NCBI GenBank assembly: GCA_050246095.1
Contig: JBFWWQ010000001.1
Span: 1 to 45,992 of the forward strand
Length of the DNA stretch: 45,992 nt
Source: Pseudorhodoplanes sp.
Lineage (GTDB): Bacteria; Pseudomonadota; Alphaproteobacteria; Rhizobiales; Xanthobacteraceae
Reading direction: 5' to 3'
Shown: one piece after another, positions 15,131 through 25,900 of the stretch
How positions within the stretch are numbered: position 1 is the first letter of the stretch
Layout of the letters: every line of letters begins with the position of its first letter
Translations under genes and position numbers: made by a program
Notes under the pieces: generated by a model
The model's input: the letters and a program-made list of their open reading frames with translations, nothing else
What the model was told of the DNA's origin: nothing
The model's database searches: none

Positions 15131-17689
15131 ATGAGATTTCTGCTGCGCTTTGCAGGCTTTCTGTTCGCTGCGGGTACGATCCTGTTCCTGGTCGGGGTCG
15201 CCGGCGCCGCCGTGATGATGTGGCAATATTCCAAGGACCTGCCGGATTATTCCCAGTTGCAGGATTACGAGCCCCCGGTGATGACGAGGGTGCACGCCTC
15301 CGACGGCTCGCTGGTCGCCGAATATGCGCGCGAGCGGCGGCTCTATCTGCCGATCCAGGCGGTGCCGAAGATGGTGATCAACGCCTTCATCTCGGCCGAA
15401 GACAAGAATTTCTACGACCACGGCGGGCTCGATTTCCAGGGCATCATGCGCGCCGGCATCCTGTATCTGCAGAATCTCGGCACCAGCCGCCGTCCGCAGG
15501 GCGCCTCCACCATCACGCAGCAGGTCGCCAAAAACTTCCTGTTGACCAACGAGGTTTCGTTCAACCGCAAGATCAAGGAAGCGCTGCTGTCGCTGAAGAT
15601 CGAGCGCACCTATTCGAAGGAAAAAATCCTCGAATTGTACATGAACGAAATCTATCTCGGCTTCTCCGCCTACGGCATCGCCGCGGCCTCGCTCTTGTAT
15701 TTCGACAAGTCGGTGCACGAGCTGACGATCGCGGAAGCCGCCTATCTCGCCGCTTTGCCGAAGGCGCCCTCGACGCTGCATCCGTTCCGCCAGCGCGAGC
15801 GCGCGATCGAACGGCGCAACTACGTCATCGACCGCATGCGCGAAGACGGCAAGATCACCGCGGCCGACGCGGAGAAGGCGAAGAAGGAACCGCTCAACGT
15901 CACCTCGCGTCCGTCCAGCGCGCACATGTTCGCCGCGGAATATTTCGCCGAGGAAGTGCGCCGCGAAATCTTCGAGCGCTACGGCGAGAAGAAGCTCTAC
16001 GAGGGCGGCCTCTCGGTGCGCACGACGCTCGATCCCAAGCTGCAGGTGGTTGCGCGCAAGGTGCTCGCCGACGGCCTGGTCAAGTATGACGAGGCGCACG
16101 GCTATCGCGGCGCCGCCGCCAAGATCGAGGTCGGCGGCGACTGGGGCGTGAAGCTCGCGGAAGTGAAGGCGCTTTCCGACATCGGCTGGAAGATGGCGGT
16201 GGTGCTGGAGACCTCGGACCAGTCCGCGCGCATCGGCTTCCAGCCCGGCCGCGAGCCCGGCGGCGCCGTGCTCAAGGAGCGGCAGGTCGGCATCGTCCCG
16301 CTCGACGGCGTGCGCTGGGCGATCAAGGGCGCGACCGCCAAGAATCCGGGCCGCGTCAGTGCGGTGCTGAACCCGGGCGACGTGATCTATGTCGACCAGC
16401 TCACCACCAAGGAAGGTCCGGTGGAAGGCCAGTATCGGCTGCGTCAGATCCCGGAAGTGTCGGGCGCGCTGGTGGCGATGGATCCCTGGACCGGCCGCGT
16501 GCTGGCGCTGAGCGGCGGCTTCTCGTTCGAGCAGAGCCAGTTCAACCGCGCCACGCAGGCGCTGCGTCAGCCGGGCTCCTCGTTCAAGCCGTTCGTCTAT
16601 GCCGCCGCCCTCGACAACGGCTACACGCCCTCGACCGTGGTCATGGACGGGCCGATCGAGATCGACCAGGGCCCGGGCCAGGCGCCGTGGCGTCCGGAAA
16701 ACTATTCCGCCGGAAAATATTACGGGCCCTCGACTTTGCGCACCGGCATCGAAATGTCGCGCAACACCATGACGGTGCGGCTGGCGCAGGATGTCGGCAT
16801 GCCGCTGATCGCCGAATATGCCAAGCGCTTCGGCGTCTATGACGACCTGCCGCCTTACCTGTCGTTCGCGCTCGGCGCCGGCGAGACCACGGTGCTGCGC
16901 ATGGTCGCGGCCTATTCGATGTTCGACAATGGCGGCAAGCGCATCAAGCCCACCCTGATCGACCGCATCCAGGACCGCTACGGGCACACGATCTACAAGC
17001 ACGATCAGCGCGAATGCCGCGGCTGCGACGCGCCGAAATGGGCGAACCAGACCGAGCCCACCTTGATCGACAAGCGCGAGCAGGTGATCGATCCGATGAC
17101 GGCCTACCAGATCACCTCGATGATGGAAGGCGTCGTGCAGCGCGGTACCGCCACCACCGTGCGCGAGGTCGGCAAGCCGATCGCCGGCAAGACCGGCACC
17201 ACCAACGACGAAAAGGACGTCTGGTTCGTCGGCTTCTCGCCGGACATCGCGGTCGGCGTCTATCTCGGCTACGACAAGCCGAAGCCGATGGGCCGCGGTT
17301 CGACCGGCGGACAATTGGCGGCGCCGATCGTGCGGGAATTCCTCAAGGTGGCGCTCGCCGACAAGCCGGCCGTGCCGTTTCGCGTGCCCGCCGGCATCAA
17401 GCTGATCCGCATCGACGCCCATACCGGCATGCGCGCGGGTCCGGGCGAGGGCGGCAAGGTCATCCTCGAGGCGTTCAAGCCGGGCACTGCGCCGCCCGAC
17501 AGCTATGCCGTGATCGGCTATGGCGAAGGCGGCGGGATGCCGGGCGAGGATCGTTATCCGGCACCACCGCCGCCCCAGCCGGAAGCGCGCGGCGGCGGCT
17601 TTGGCGGTTTCTTCAACCCGTTCGGCTTCCCGGGCTTCGGGCAGCAGCGCGCGCCGCAGATGCGCGGCGGTACCGGCGGATTGTATTGA
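15131..17689 (+). CDS. mrcA: Penicillin-binding protein 1A (transglycosylase/transpeptidase)
   Basis: AED.NFY.H, GASTITQQVAKN, RQPGSSFKP (SxxK), SRN (SxN), GKTGT (KTG), C-terminal GGLY. Confidence 0.95.
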   Translation: MRFLLRFAGFLFAAGTILFLVGVAGAAVMMWQYSKDLPDYSQLQDYEPPVMTRVHASDGSLVAEYARERRLYLPIQAVPKMVINAFISAEDKNFYDHGGLDFQGIMRAGILYLQNLGTSRRPQGASTITQQVAKNFLLTNEVSFNRKIKEALLSLKIERTYSKEKILELYMNEIYLGFSAYGIAAASLLYFDKSVHELTIAEAAYLAALPKAPSTLHPFRQRERAIERRNYVIDRMREDGKITAADAEKAKKEPLNVTSRPSSAHMFAAEYFAEEVRREIFERYGEKKLYEGGLSVRTTLDPKLQVVARKVLADGLVKYDEAHGYRGAAAKIEVGGDWGVKLAEVKALSDIGWKMAVVLETSDQSARIGFQPGREPGGAVLKERQVGIVPLDGVRWAIKGATAKNPGRVSAVLNPGDVIYVDQLTTKEGPVEGQYRLRQIPEVSGALVAMDPWTGRVLALSGGFSFEQSQFNRATQALRQPGSSFKPFVYAAALDNGYTPSTVVMDGPIEIDQGPGQAPWRPENYSAGKYYGPSTLRTGIEMSRNTMTVRLAQDVGMPLIAEYAKRFGVYDDLPPYLSFALGAGETTVLRMVAAYSMFDNGGKRIKPTLIDRIQDRYGHTIYKHDQRECRGCDAPKWANQTEPTLIDKREQVIDPMTAYQITSMMEGVVQRGTATTVREVGKPIAGKTGTTNDEKDVWFVGFSPDIAVGVYLGYDKPKPMGRGSTGGQLAAPIVREFLKVALADKPAVPFRVPAGIKLIRIDAHTGMRAGPGEGGKVILEAFKPGTAPPDSYAVIGYGEGGGMPGEDRYPAPPPPQPEARGGGFGGFFNPFGFPGFGQQRAPQMRGGTGGLY

Positions 17690-17707
17690 TCGCCCGCGGC
17701 GCGGCGC

Positions 17708-18421
17708 TCAGCGCCGCGCGGCCTTCCAGCGTGCGTAATCCTGCTGCGACTTCTCGTCGGGCGGATACAGCCCGAATATGCCGGCGCCGCCCTTCACCTT
17801 CTCCGTGACATAGGTTTCGAACAGATCCTGTTCGGCGGCGTCGTGCGCGATCTCCTCGGCCAGATGCGCGGGGATCACCACCACGCCTTCGCCGTCGCCG
17901 ACCAGGATGTCGCCGGGAAAGACCGGGACGCCGCCGCAGCCGATCGGCACGTTCAGGTCGACGGCGTGATGCTTGATGAGGTTGGTCGGCGCGGACGGAC
18001 CGGCGCAATAGGTGGGGAAGGGCAGCTCGGCGATTTCCGGCGAATCGCGCAGGCCCCCGTCGCTGACCACGCCGGCCGCGCCGCGCACCATCATCCGCGT
18101 CACCAGGATGCTGCCGGCGGAAGCGACCGAGGCGTCGCCGCGGCAATCCATCACCAGCACATGCCCGGGCGGGATGTCCTCCACCGCCTTGCGCTGCGGA
18201 TGCGTGCGGTCCTTGAACACGTCGAGCACGTCGAGGTCCTCGCGCGCGGGGATATAGCGCAGCGTATAGGCCTCGCCGACCATCGGCGGCGCCTTCGGGT
18301 TGAGCGGCCGGATTCCCTGGATATAGGCGTTGCGGAATCCGCGCTTGAAAAGCTGCGTGGTCAGCGTCGCGGTCGAGACGCCTTTCAGCTTTTCGCGCGC
18401 GTCTTTGCTGATCCCGGCCAT
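17708..18421 (-). CDS. RraA-family / HMG-aldolase-like protein
   Basis: VSTATL, VGEAYTLRYIPARED, GVVSDGGLRD, CGGV.V.PGD..VGD.EGVVVIP motifs. Confidence 0.82.
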   Translation of the reverse strand: MAGISKDAREKLKGVSTATLTTQLFKRGFRNAYIQGIRPLNPKAPPMVGEAYTLRYIPAREDLDVLDVFKDRTHPQRKAVEDIPPGHVLVMDCRGDASVASAGSILVTRMMVRGAAGVVSDGGLRDSPEIAELPFPTYCAGPSAPTNLIKHHAVDLNVPIGCGGVPVFPGDILVGDGEGVVVIPAHLAEEIAHDAAEQDLFETYVTEKVKGGAGIFGLYPPDEKSQQDYARWKAARR

Positions 18422-18639
18422 GCTTCCCCCTTTTGCCTGTATCGCCGCAGGTTTTTCCGCGACGATCTATGCCGCCTGCGCCGCTGCCCGTCCAGCCGGC
18501 TGGCCCTGAGGCGCCAAGGTCGATGCGCCGCCGCCGGCCGCTGCGTCCCGGCCGGGGAGCCGGGACGGTTGCCTTCGTCCGACGCAGCGGCTACATCCGC
18601 CGCCTGCAATCGGAAGGCAATCGGAAGGCCTGGGTCGCC

Positions 18640-19771
18640 ATGCGCGCGGAAACCGAATCCATCGTCGAGGAAATCAAGCGGTCGCTCGGACTGCTGAGGA
18701 GGCATCTTTGACGTCGACAAGGCCAATGCCCGCCTGGCGGAGCTGAACAAGCTTTCCGAAGACCCGAATTTCTGGAACGATTCCGCGCGCGCCCAGAAGC
18801 TGATGCAGGAGCGCACCGCGATCGAGGATCAGCTCAAGTCGATCGGCCGCATCGAGCAGGAGCTCGACGACCACCTCACGCTGCTGGAACTCGGCGAAGC
18901 CGAGAACGACGCCAAGGTCGTGTCCGAGGCCGAGGAGGCGCTGGGCAAGCTGAAGGCCGATGCCGCACGGCGCGAGCTGGAGGCGCTGCTGTCGGGCGAG
19001 GCGGACAATCTCGATTCCTATCTCGAAGTGCATGCGGGGGCCGGCGGCACCGAGAGCCAGGACTGGGCGCAGATGCTCATGCGCATGTATACGCGCTGGG
19101 CCGAGCAGCACGGCTACAAGGTCGACTGGATCGAGGAGACCGAAGGCGAAGAGGCCGGGCTGAAATCGGCGACGGTGCAGATCAAGGGCCGCAACGCCTA
19201 TGGCTGGCTGAAGACCGAGAACGGCGTGCACCGGCTGGTGCGCATCTCGCCGTTCGATTCCAATGCGCGCCGCCACACCTCGTTCGCCAGCGTCAACGTC
19301 TATCCGGTGATCGACGACCGCATCCAGGTGGACTTGAAGGAATCCGACGTGCGCATCGATACCTTGCGCGCCAGCGGCGCCGGCGGCCAGCACGTCAACA
19401 AGACCGAGTCGGCGATCCGCATGACGCATATCCCGACCAATATCGTGGTCTATTGCCAGAACGACCGCTCGCAGCACCGCAACCGCGCGCAGGCCTGGGA
19501 CATGCTGCGCGCGCGCCTCTACGAACTGGAATTGAAGAAGCGCGAGGAGAAGGCGGCCGCCGATAACGCCGCCAAGACCGATATCGGCTGGGGGCACCAG
19601 ATCCGCTCCTACGTGCTGCAGCCCTACCAGATGGTGAAGGACCTGCGCACCGGCGTTTCCACCTCCGATACCGGCGGCGTGCTCGACGGCGACCTCGACC
19701 GCTTCATGGAGGCGACGCTGGCGCAGCGCGCCTTCGGCGGCGGGCCGGACGCCGTGGAGGATGTGGACTGA
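18640..19771 (+). CDS. prfB: Peptide chain release factor 2 (programmed +1 frameshift)
   Basis: [31 protein letters not shown]; the N-terminal 23 codons join the main frame through AGGAGG-CAT-CTT-TGA-C. Confidence 0.97.
18697..18712 (+). other. prfB programmed ribosomal frameshift cassette
   Basis: Internal SD AGGAGG, 3-nt spacer, slippery CTT TGA C. Confidence 0.95.
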
Positions 19772-20192
19772 TCCGCGTCGGTTGGCATCCGCGAAAGCGA
19801 CCCTTCAATTTGAAGATTCATGCACCCGCGTCGCTCGCGCGGGACTTCGGTCGGTGCGGGAATGCACGGATTCTGCGGCTTGGGTTGCGGGCGCAATAAC
19901 GACACCGGGGAGGGCCAAGGCGGGGCCTTGCCTGACTGTGCGGCCCCTTGGGCCCTCGCCGGTGCGCCGCTCGTGGATGTGGCCGCTACGCTCGCGTCCG
20001 AGCGGGTTTCGCTAGCGATGATCGCGGCCCATCTGCGTCGGTGGTTCCATCAAGACCTCCGCGCTGTTCGTCGATTGCACGACACCGATAGCCTCTCCCA
20101 AACGCCGCGCGTGTCAAGGGAGAAGTGCCGGCGAGGCGATCAACACTCGTGACTTGCGCACCGCCCTGTGAATTGCGAAGTCTGGCGTCACG

Positions 20193-20293
20193 AAAGCGGG
20201 ATGACCTTTCTCCGAACCGTCATTTCGTTTTAGCTCGTTGTTCTCGCGCATGATCCCGTCCGGAACCAGGAACCGGCTTTTCGGGATCGTGCT
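20193..20293. repeat. Degenerate two-hairpin RIME-like intergenic repeat
   Basis: AAAGCGGGATGAC...GTCATTTCGTTTTAG arm plus GCATGATCCCG...CGGGATCGTGC arm; same architecture as the 107-bp repeats but different sequence. Confidence 0.55.
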
Positions 20294-20311
20294 TCGGCAA
20301 AGGAAAAGGAC

Positions 20312-20845
20312 ATGAAACGCATCGTGCCGCCGGCCGCTCTGGCGTCCGCGCTCGTTTTGTCGGGGTATGTCGCTGCGATGGCGGCCGGGCAGGCCGGCCA
20401 CGGCCACGGCCATGCCCAAGGCCATGCGCCGCAGGGCCATGCCGCAGGCGATGCTCACGCCGCATTCTCGGCCGGCGAGCCCGGCAATCCGAAACGCCCG
20501 GCGCGCGTGATCCAGGTCACGATGCGCGAGGGCGACGGCAAGATGTTGTTCGTGCCCGACCGCGTCGAGGTCAAGCGCGGCGAGCAGGTCAAGTTCGTGC
20601 TGCGCAACAGCGGCGCGCTGGAGCACGAATTCGTCCTCGCCACCACCGAGGAGAATCTCAAACACGCCGATGCGATGGCGAAAGACTCGCAAATGCCGCA
20701 CGACGATGCGAATGCCAAGCGGGTTGCGCCGGCCAAGGTGAGCGAAATCGTCTGGAAATTCACCAAGCCGGGTCAGTTCGAGTATGGATGCCTGATTCCC
20801 GGACACCGGGAGGCCGGGATGACCGGCATCGTTGTCGTCAGGTAG
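20312..20845 (+). CDS. Periplasmic cupredoxin (CopI-like) with His-rich N-terminus
   Basis: Signal peptide; GHGHGH...GH...GH tract; HEFVL and CLIPGHREAGM type-1 Cu ligands; AAGGA RBS. Confidence 0.85.
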   Translation: MKRIVPPAALASALVLSGYVAAMAAGQAGHGHGHAQGHAPQGHAAGDAHAAFSAGEPGNPKRPARVIQVTMREGDGKMLFVPDRVEVKRGEQVKFVLRNSGALEHEFVLATTEENLKHADAMAKDSQMPHDDANAKRVAPAKVSEIVWKFTKPGQFEYGCLIPGHREAGMTGIVVVR

Positions 20846-20851
20846 CGCGGC

Positions 20852-22240
20852 TCAGTTTGCGCCGAGCCGGATCCCGGCGCGCAGGTATTTCTCCGGGTTG
20901 ACCGCTTCGCCGTCCAGCCGCGTCTCGTAATGCAGATGCGGGCCGGTGGAGCGGCCGGTCGAGCCGATCTTGCCGATGATCTGGCCGAGCTTCACGCTCT
21001 GCCCGACCTTGACGTCGATCTCCGAGAGGTGGCCGTAGCGCGTGGTCAGGTCGTTGCCGTGATCGATCTCGATCATCTTGCCGTAGCCGCCATTGACGCC
21101 GGCGACGGTCACCGTGCCGTTGGCGGTGGCGCGCACCGGGTCGCCGGTGTCGCCGCGCATGTCGATTCCGGTATGGATCGCCGGGCCCTTCACGAACGGG
21201 TCCATGCGCATGCCGAAGGGCGAGCTCATGTCGATCTCGCCGAAAATCGGCTTGCGTATCGGCACCGAGGCCAGCGTACGGGTCAGCCGCTCGACATGGT
21301 TGCGGGCGATGTTGATGCGGTAGATCTGGCGCTCGAAGCCGCCGGCATCGGGGCGCACCGGCACGAACGGTCCGCCGGTCGCCCCCGTATGCGCGAGGCG
21401 GGTGTCGGCGGGCGGCTTGCCGGCGTTGAGGCCGAGATCGGTCAGCACGCTGCGCATGCGGCGCGCCTTGCTGTCGAAATTCTCTTCCACCGTGTTCAGC
21501 GCCGTCATCTGCTGCTGTTCGAGACGGTCGAGCGAATCCTGCATCCGCAGCAGCGCGCCTTCGACGCCGCCGCGCATCCGCTTGCCGCCGGTCGGCGCAG
21601 CGAAGGCGACGGTGCGCGATTCCAGCCGCGCCTCGCGGTCGGGCGGCGCCTGGAAGATCACGGTGTCGTTGATCGGGGAGGGCTTCAGGATGTTGCTGCC
21701 GCGCGCGGTCTCCGGCGCGCTGCCCTTGCCCGCGGGCTTGACCGAACCGGTCGTGGCCGGATCGCCGAGCGTATGCAGCATGCCGGCGCGCTGCTCCAGC
21801 GTCGCCTGTTTGCGCGCGACCTGGTCGAGCTTCTGCTCGAATTGTTCCTGATCGAGCAATTGGCGGCTGGTGATGCGGTCCACCTGCGCGCGCAGTTCGG
21901 CGATGCGGTCCTCGTAGGCGAACTGCATGTCGGCCTGGCGCGCGATCAGGCGCTTCAGCACATCGTCGTGGAAGGCGAAATAGGTGCCGGTGGCGACCGA
22001 CCAGCCGGCCATCACGACCAGCGAGCCGACCACGATCCAGAACGCGACCGGTCCGAGCCGGACCTGCCGGCCGGCATGGACGAGCGTGTAGTCGGTGCGA
22101 TGTCCCTGCCGGCGGCGCGGCGGATGGGCGCGAGCGGCAGGCGGCGCAGGGTGCTGGTCGGGCCGCGCGGGATGCGGGGCCTGCCAGTTTGCGTGTGCGG
22201 GGGGATGGGGATGACTGCTCGAACCGTGGCGGTTGGACAT
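20852..22240 (-). CDS. M23 family peptidoglycan endopeptidase with TM segment and coiled coil
   Basis: HTGID, GGYGKMIEIDHG, YGHLS, STGRSTGPHLHYE. Confidence 0.92.
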   Translation of the reverse strand: MSNRHGSSSHPHPPAHANWQAPHPARPDQHPAPPAARAHPPRRRQGHRTDYTLVHAGRQVRLGPVAFWIVVGSLVVMAGWSVATGTYFAFHDDVLKRLIARQADMQFAYEDRIAELRAQVDRITSRQLLDQEQFEQKLDQVARKQATLEQRAGMLHTLGDPATTGSVKPAGKGSAPETARGSNILKPSPINDTVIFQAPPDREARLESRTVAFAAPTGGKRMRGGVEGALLRMQDSLDRLEQQQMTALNTVEENFDSKARRMRSVLTDLGLNAGKPPADTRLAHTGATGGPFVPVRPDAGGFERQIYRINIARNHVERLTRTLASVPIRKPIFGEIDMSSPFGMRMDPFVKGPAIHTGIDMRGDTGDPVRATANGTVTVAGVNGGYGKMIEIDHGNDLTTRYGHLSEIDVKVGQSVKLGQIIGKIGSTGRSTGPHLHYETRLDGEAVNPEKYLRAGIRLGAN

Positions 22241-22303
22241 CGACGCTCCCGCCGGTTCCTATCTGAAATCGACCGACGCTGACGGAGCGGATTTGAGCCT
22301 TGT

Positions 22304-22311
22304 ATGGTTAA
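22304..22311 (-). promoter_or_regulatory. Possible CtrA half-site upstream of the M23 gene
   Basis: TTAACCAT on the minus strand, 63 bp upstream of the start; adjacent inverted repeat CCGCAAA-TG-TTTGCGG. Confidence 0.35.
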
Positions 22312-22332
22312 TTTTCCGCAAATGTTTGCGGT

Positions 22333-22806
22333 CTAGGGTGTCTCCAGCGCCCGCACGGCGGCGAGGACCTCTTCGGCATGGCCTGGCACGGATACTTTCG
22401 GCCAGACTTGGGCGACCCGGCTTTGCGGGTCGATCAGATAGGTCGTGCGCAACACGCCGAGGAAGGTCCGGCCGTACATGGATTTCTCGCCCCAGGCTCC
22501 ATAGGCCTCGAGCATGCGGTGGGCCTCGTCGGATGCGAGGGGAATGCCGAGCCTGTGCTTTTTCTTGAACGAATCCTGCTTCTTGACGGAATCGGCCGAA
22601 ACCCCCAGGACGGCGGCGCCGGCCTTGGCGAAGCCTTTGGAAAGTCGGGAGAAATCCATCGCCTCGCGGGTGCAGCCGGGGGTGTCGGCGCGGGGATAGA
22701 AATACAGGACCAGGATTTGGCCGCGAAAATCCGCCAGCGCGACCTCTCCGCCGCCGTCGCGGGGCAGGCGGAAGGCCGGTGCTTTTGCTCCTATTTTCAA
22801 GGTCAT
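22333..22806 (-). CDS. bcp: BCP/PrxQ peroxiredoxin (single Cys)
   Basis: LYFYPRADTPGCTREA, GVSADS, LASD, RTTYLID. Confidence 0.92.
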   Translation of the reverse strand: MTLKIGAKAPAFRLPRDGGGEVALADFRGQILVLYFYPRADTPGCTREAMDFSRLSKGFAKAGAAVLGVSADSVKKQDSFKKKHRLGIPLASDEAHRMLEAYGAWGEKSMYGRTFLGVLRTTYLIDPQSRVAQVWPKVSVPGHAEEVLAAVRALETP

Positions 22807-22977
22807 AATGCCTTCCTTTCGTCGCTTTCGGCAGGACAGTGTGACGGTGAGGACTGAGCGGGTGGACGGGCGCCGGACGGGCTTCCGGGCCCTTGTCGGG
22901 AATTTCGATCAGGCGAAGCGACGGGCGGCGATCTTGCCGCATGGGGCGTAACGGACAAAGGGGATGTCCGGCCGAGC

Positions 22978-25900
22978 ATGACGGGTAAGCAGAAATCTTC
23001 GCGCCTTGCAGCCTTGCATGCGCTCGAAGACGACCTTCATCGGCACCACGGGACCTCGCGCAAGGGGCGCCGCCGCGCGCGTGCGTCCTGGCGCTGGCCG
23101 GCGCTCGGCCGCTACTGGAAGCGGGCGCAGATTCTTCTGCAGCAATCCGGTCTGAAACGGGGTTGGCGGCGCGTGGCGCCGAGCCGCACCACAATGCGGC
23201 AGGCGCGCAAGGCGCTGCGCCGTCCGCTGGTGCGCAAAATCGCCGTCGGCGGCGGCTTCGCCGCGCTGATCGCTGTGATCGGCATTGCCGGGTTCATCGC
23301 GCGGCTGATGATGGGGCCGATCGAACTCGGGATCGCCACGCCGTTCCTGGAATCGGCGATCAAGCAGACCATCGGCAACAGCCACGACGTGCAGATCGGC
23401 GGCACGCAGATCGAGCGCGATCACGGCCGCAACTCCATCCGCGTCAGCAATGTGGTGATCCGCGATGCCGACGGTGCCATCGTCGCCGGCGCGCCGAAGG
23501 CGGAGGTCTCCGTCTCCGGCACGAGCCTGTTGTTCGGCCGCCTGCGCGTGAAGCGCCTCAGCCTGGTCGAGGCGGAGCTGGCGATGCGCATCGAGACCGA
23601 CGGCCAGGTCACGATCTCGACCGGCGCCGAACGGCGTCCGATCGCGGTCACCCCGGCCATCGTCAAGCCGGCCGAGGCGATCGGCCCGAACCGCGTTCCG
23701 CTCGCACCGGGCACGACACCGTTCCCGACCGCCGGCGAGCATTTCGCCGCGTTCATGGAGTGGCTCGACAAGTTTGCCGCCGGCGGCGACGAATCGGTGC
23801 TTGGCGAGATCGGCCTCAAGGACGGCAAGCTTTCGGTCGACGACCGCCGCACCGGCAAGGCCTGGAGCTTCGACAACATCAATTTCAGCATGACGCGGCC
23901 GGGCCGCGGCGTGCTGGTGCTGCGGCTCGGTTCGGAGGAAGACGAGCGCACCTGGTCGCTGGTCGCCTCGGTCACGCCGGTCGGTCCGCAGCGGCGCGCG
24001 ATCCAGGTGGAGGCGCGCAAGGTCTCGACCCGCGACATCCTGCTGGCGACGCGCCTCGACGACGTGGTCAAGGCCGACGTGCCGCTGTCCGGCGTGATCC
24101 GCGCCGAGATCGGCGCCGACTCGCTGCCGCGCACGATCGAAGGCCGGCTGGTCGCCGAATCCGGCCTGATCGGCGATCCCGCCGACAGCGACGGCTCGTT
24201 CCAGCTCGACCGGGCGGAATTCTCCCTCGACTGGGATTCCACCCGCCGCTCGATGGTGGTCCCCTTCCAGGTCCTTTCCGGCACCAACCGCGTCACGCTG
24301 CTGAGCCAGTTCGAGGCGCCGTTCGAGGCGGGCGGGCCGTGGCGCGTCACCGTGACCGGCGGCAGCATCGTGCTCGGCCCCCGCCACACCAACGACAACC
24401 CGCTGGTGCTGAACCGCATCATGCTGCGCGCCAAACTCGATCCGGCGCAGCGGCGCATCAGCCTCGAACAGGGCGATATCGGCGGCGCCGGCGTCAATCT
24501 GGCGATGGGCGGCAATCTGGATTTCTCCGGACCGGAACTGCGCGTCGCGGGCGGCATGGCGGGCACGCCGATGTCGGGTCCGGTGGCGAAGAAAATCTGG
24601 CCGGTCTTCGTCGCCTCGAAGGTGCGCAGCTGGGTGCTGAACAACATGCATAGCGGCGAGATTTCGCGTCTCGAACTCGCCGCCAATGCGCCGACCGATA
24701 CGCTGCGCGAGGGCGGGCCGCCGATCCCCGAGGACGGCCTGTCGGTCGACATCACGGTCAACAACGCGGTGATCCAGCCGGTCGAAGGCCTGCCGGCGAT
24801 CCGCGACGCCGAGCTCGTCACCCGCATCAAGGGGCGGCATGTCGCGGTGACCGTCAATCGCGGCATCGTGGAAATGGAATCCGGCCGCAAGCTCACGCTG
24901 ACCAACGGCCTGTTCGAAATTCCCGACACCGACCCGAAATCCCCGCCGGCGCGCGCGCGCTTCAAGATCGAGGGGCCGGTGCAGGCGGCCGCCGAACTGC
25001 TCGGCTCCGACAAGCTGAGGGAAGCCGCCGCCGGCGCGCCGATCGACCCGGCGACCAGCCGCGGCAATATCAGCGGGCAGGTGAGCGTCGGATTCCCGAT
25101 CATGCGCGACCCGCCGAAGGGCGCGACGCAATACAACATCGCGCTCGACATCACGAATTTCGGCGCCGAGAAGCTGATGCTGGGCCAGAAGGTCGAAGCC
25201 CAGACGCTGAAGGTCACTGCCAACGCGCAGGGCTACCAGATCAAGGGCGACGTGCGTGTCAACGGCACGCCGGCGGCGCTCGACTACCGCAAGCCGCGCG
25301 ATGCGCCGGAGGCGGACGTGTCGCTGCGCGCGACGCTCGACGAGGCGGCGCGGGCGCGGCTCGGCCTCGATGCCGGCGCCGCGCTGAGCGGACCGGTGCC
25401 GGTGCGGCTGAGCGGCAAGATCGCCAACGACAAGGATGCCCGCATCCAGGTGGAGGCGGACCTCACCCAGGCCAAGGTGGAAAACCTGCTGCCCGGCTGG
25501 GTGAAGCCGGCGGGCCGGCCGAACCGTGCCGTCTTCACCCTGGTGAACAAGGACAAGGCCACGCGCTTCGAGGACATCTCGATCGAGGGATCGGGCGCCA
25601 ATGTGAGGGGCAATGTCGAACTCGATTCCGCGGGCGACGTGGTTTCGGCGTTGTTTCCGATCTTCGCGCTGGCCGACGGCGACAAGGCTTCGGTGCGGGC
25701 CGAGCGCGGCAACGACGGCGCGCTGCGCGTGACCATGCGCGGCGACGTCTATGACGGGCGCGGCTTTGTGAAGTCCTCCTTCAGCGGGCAGTCCGCCGAG
25801 CAGAAGGCGAAGCAGAGCTTCAACGATCTCGACCTCGATGTCCGCCTCGGCGCGGTCGCCGGCCACAACGGCGAGACCCTGCGCGGCATGGATTTCAAGA

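Noticed and set aside
17708-18421. RraA-family gene as a dedicated inhibitor of the nearby RNase E
   Set aside because: Its length and motifs fit the aldolase-like branch; it is 8 kb from rne and not operonic with it
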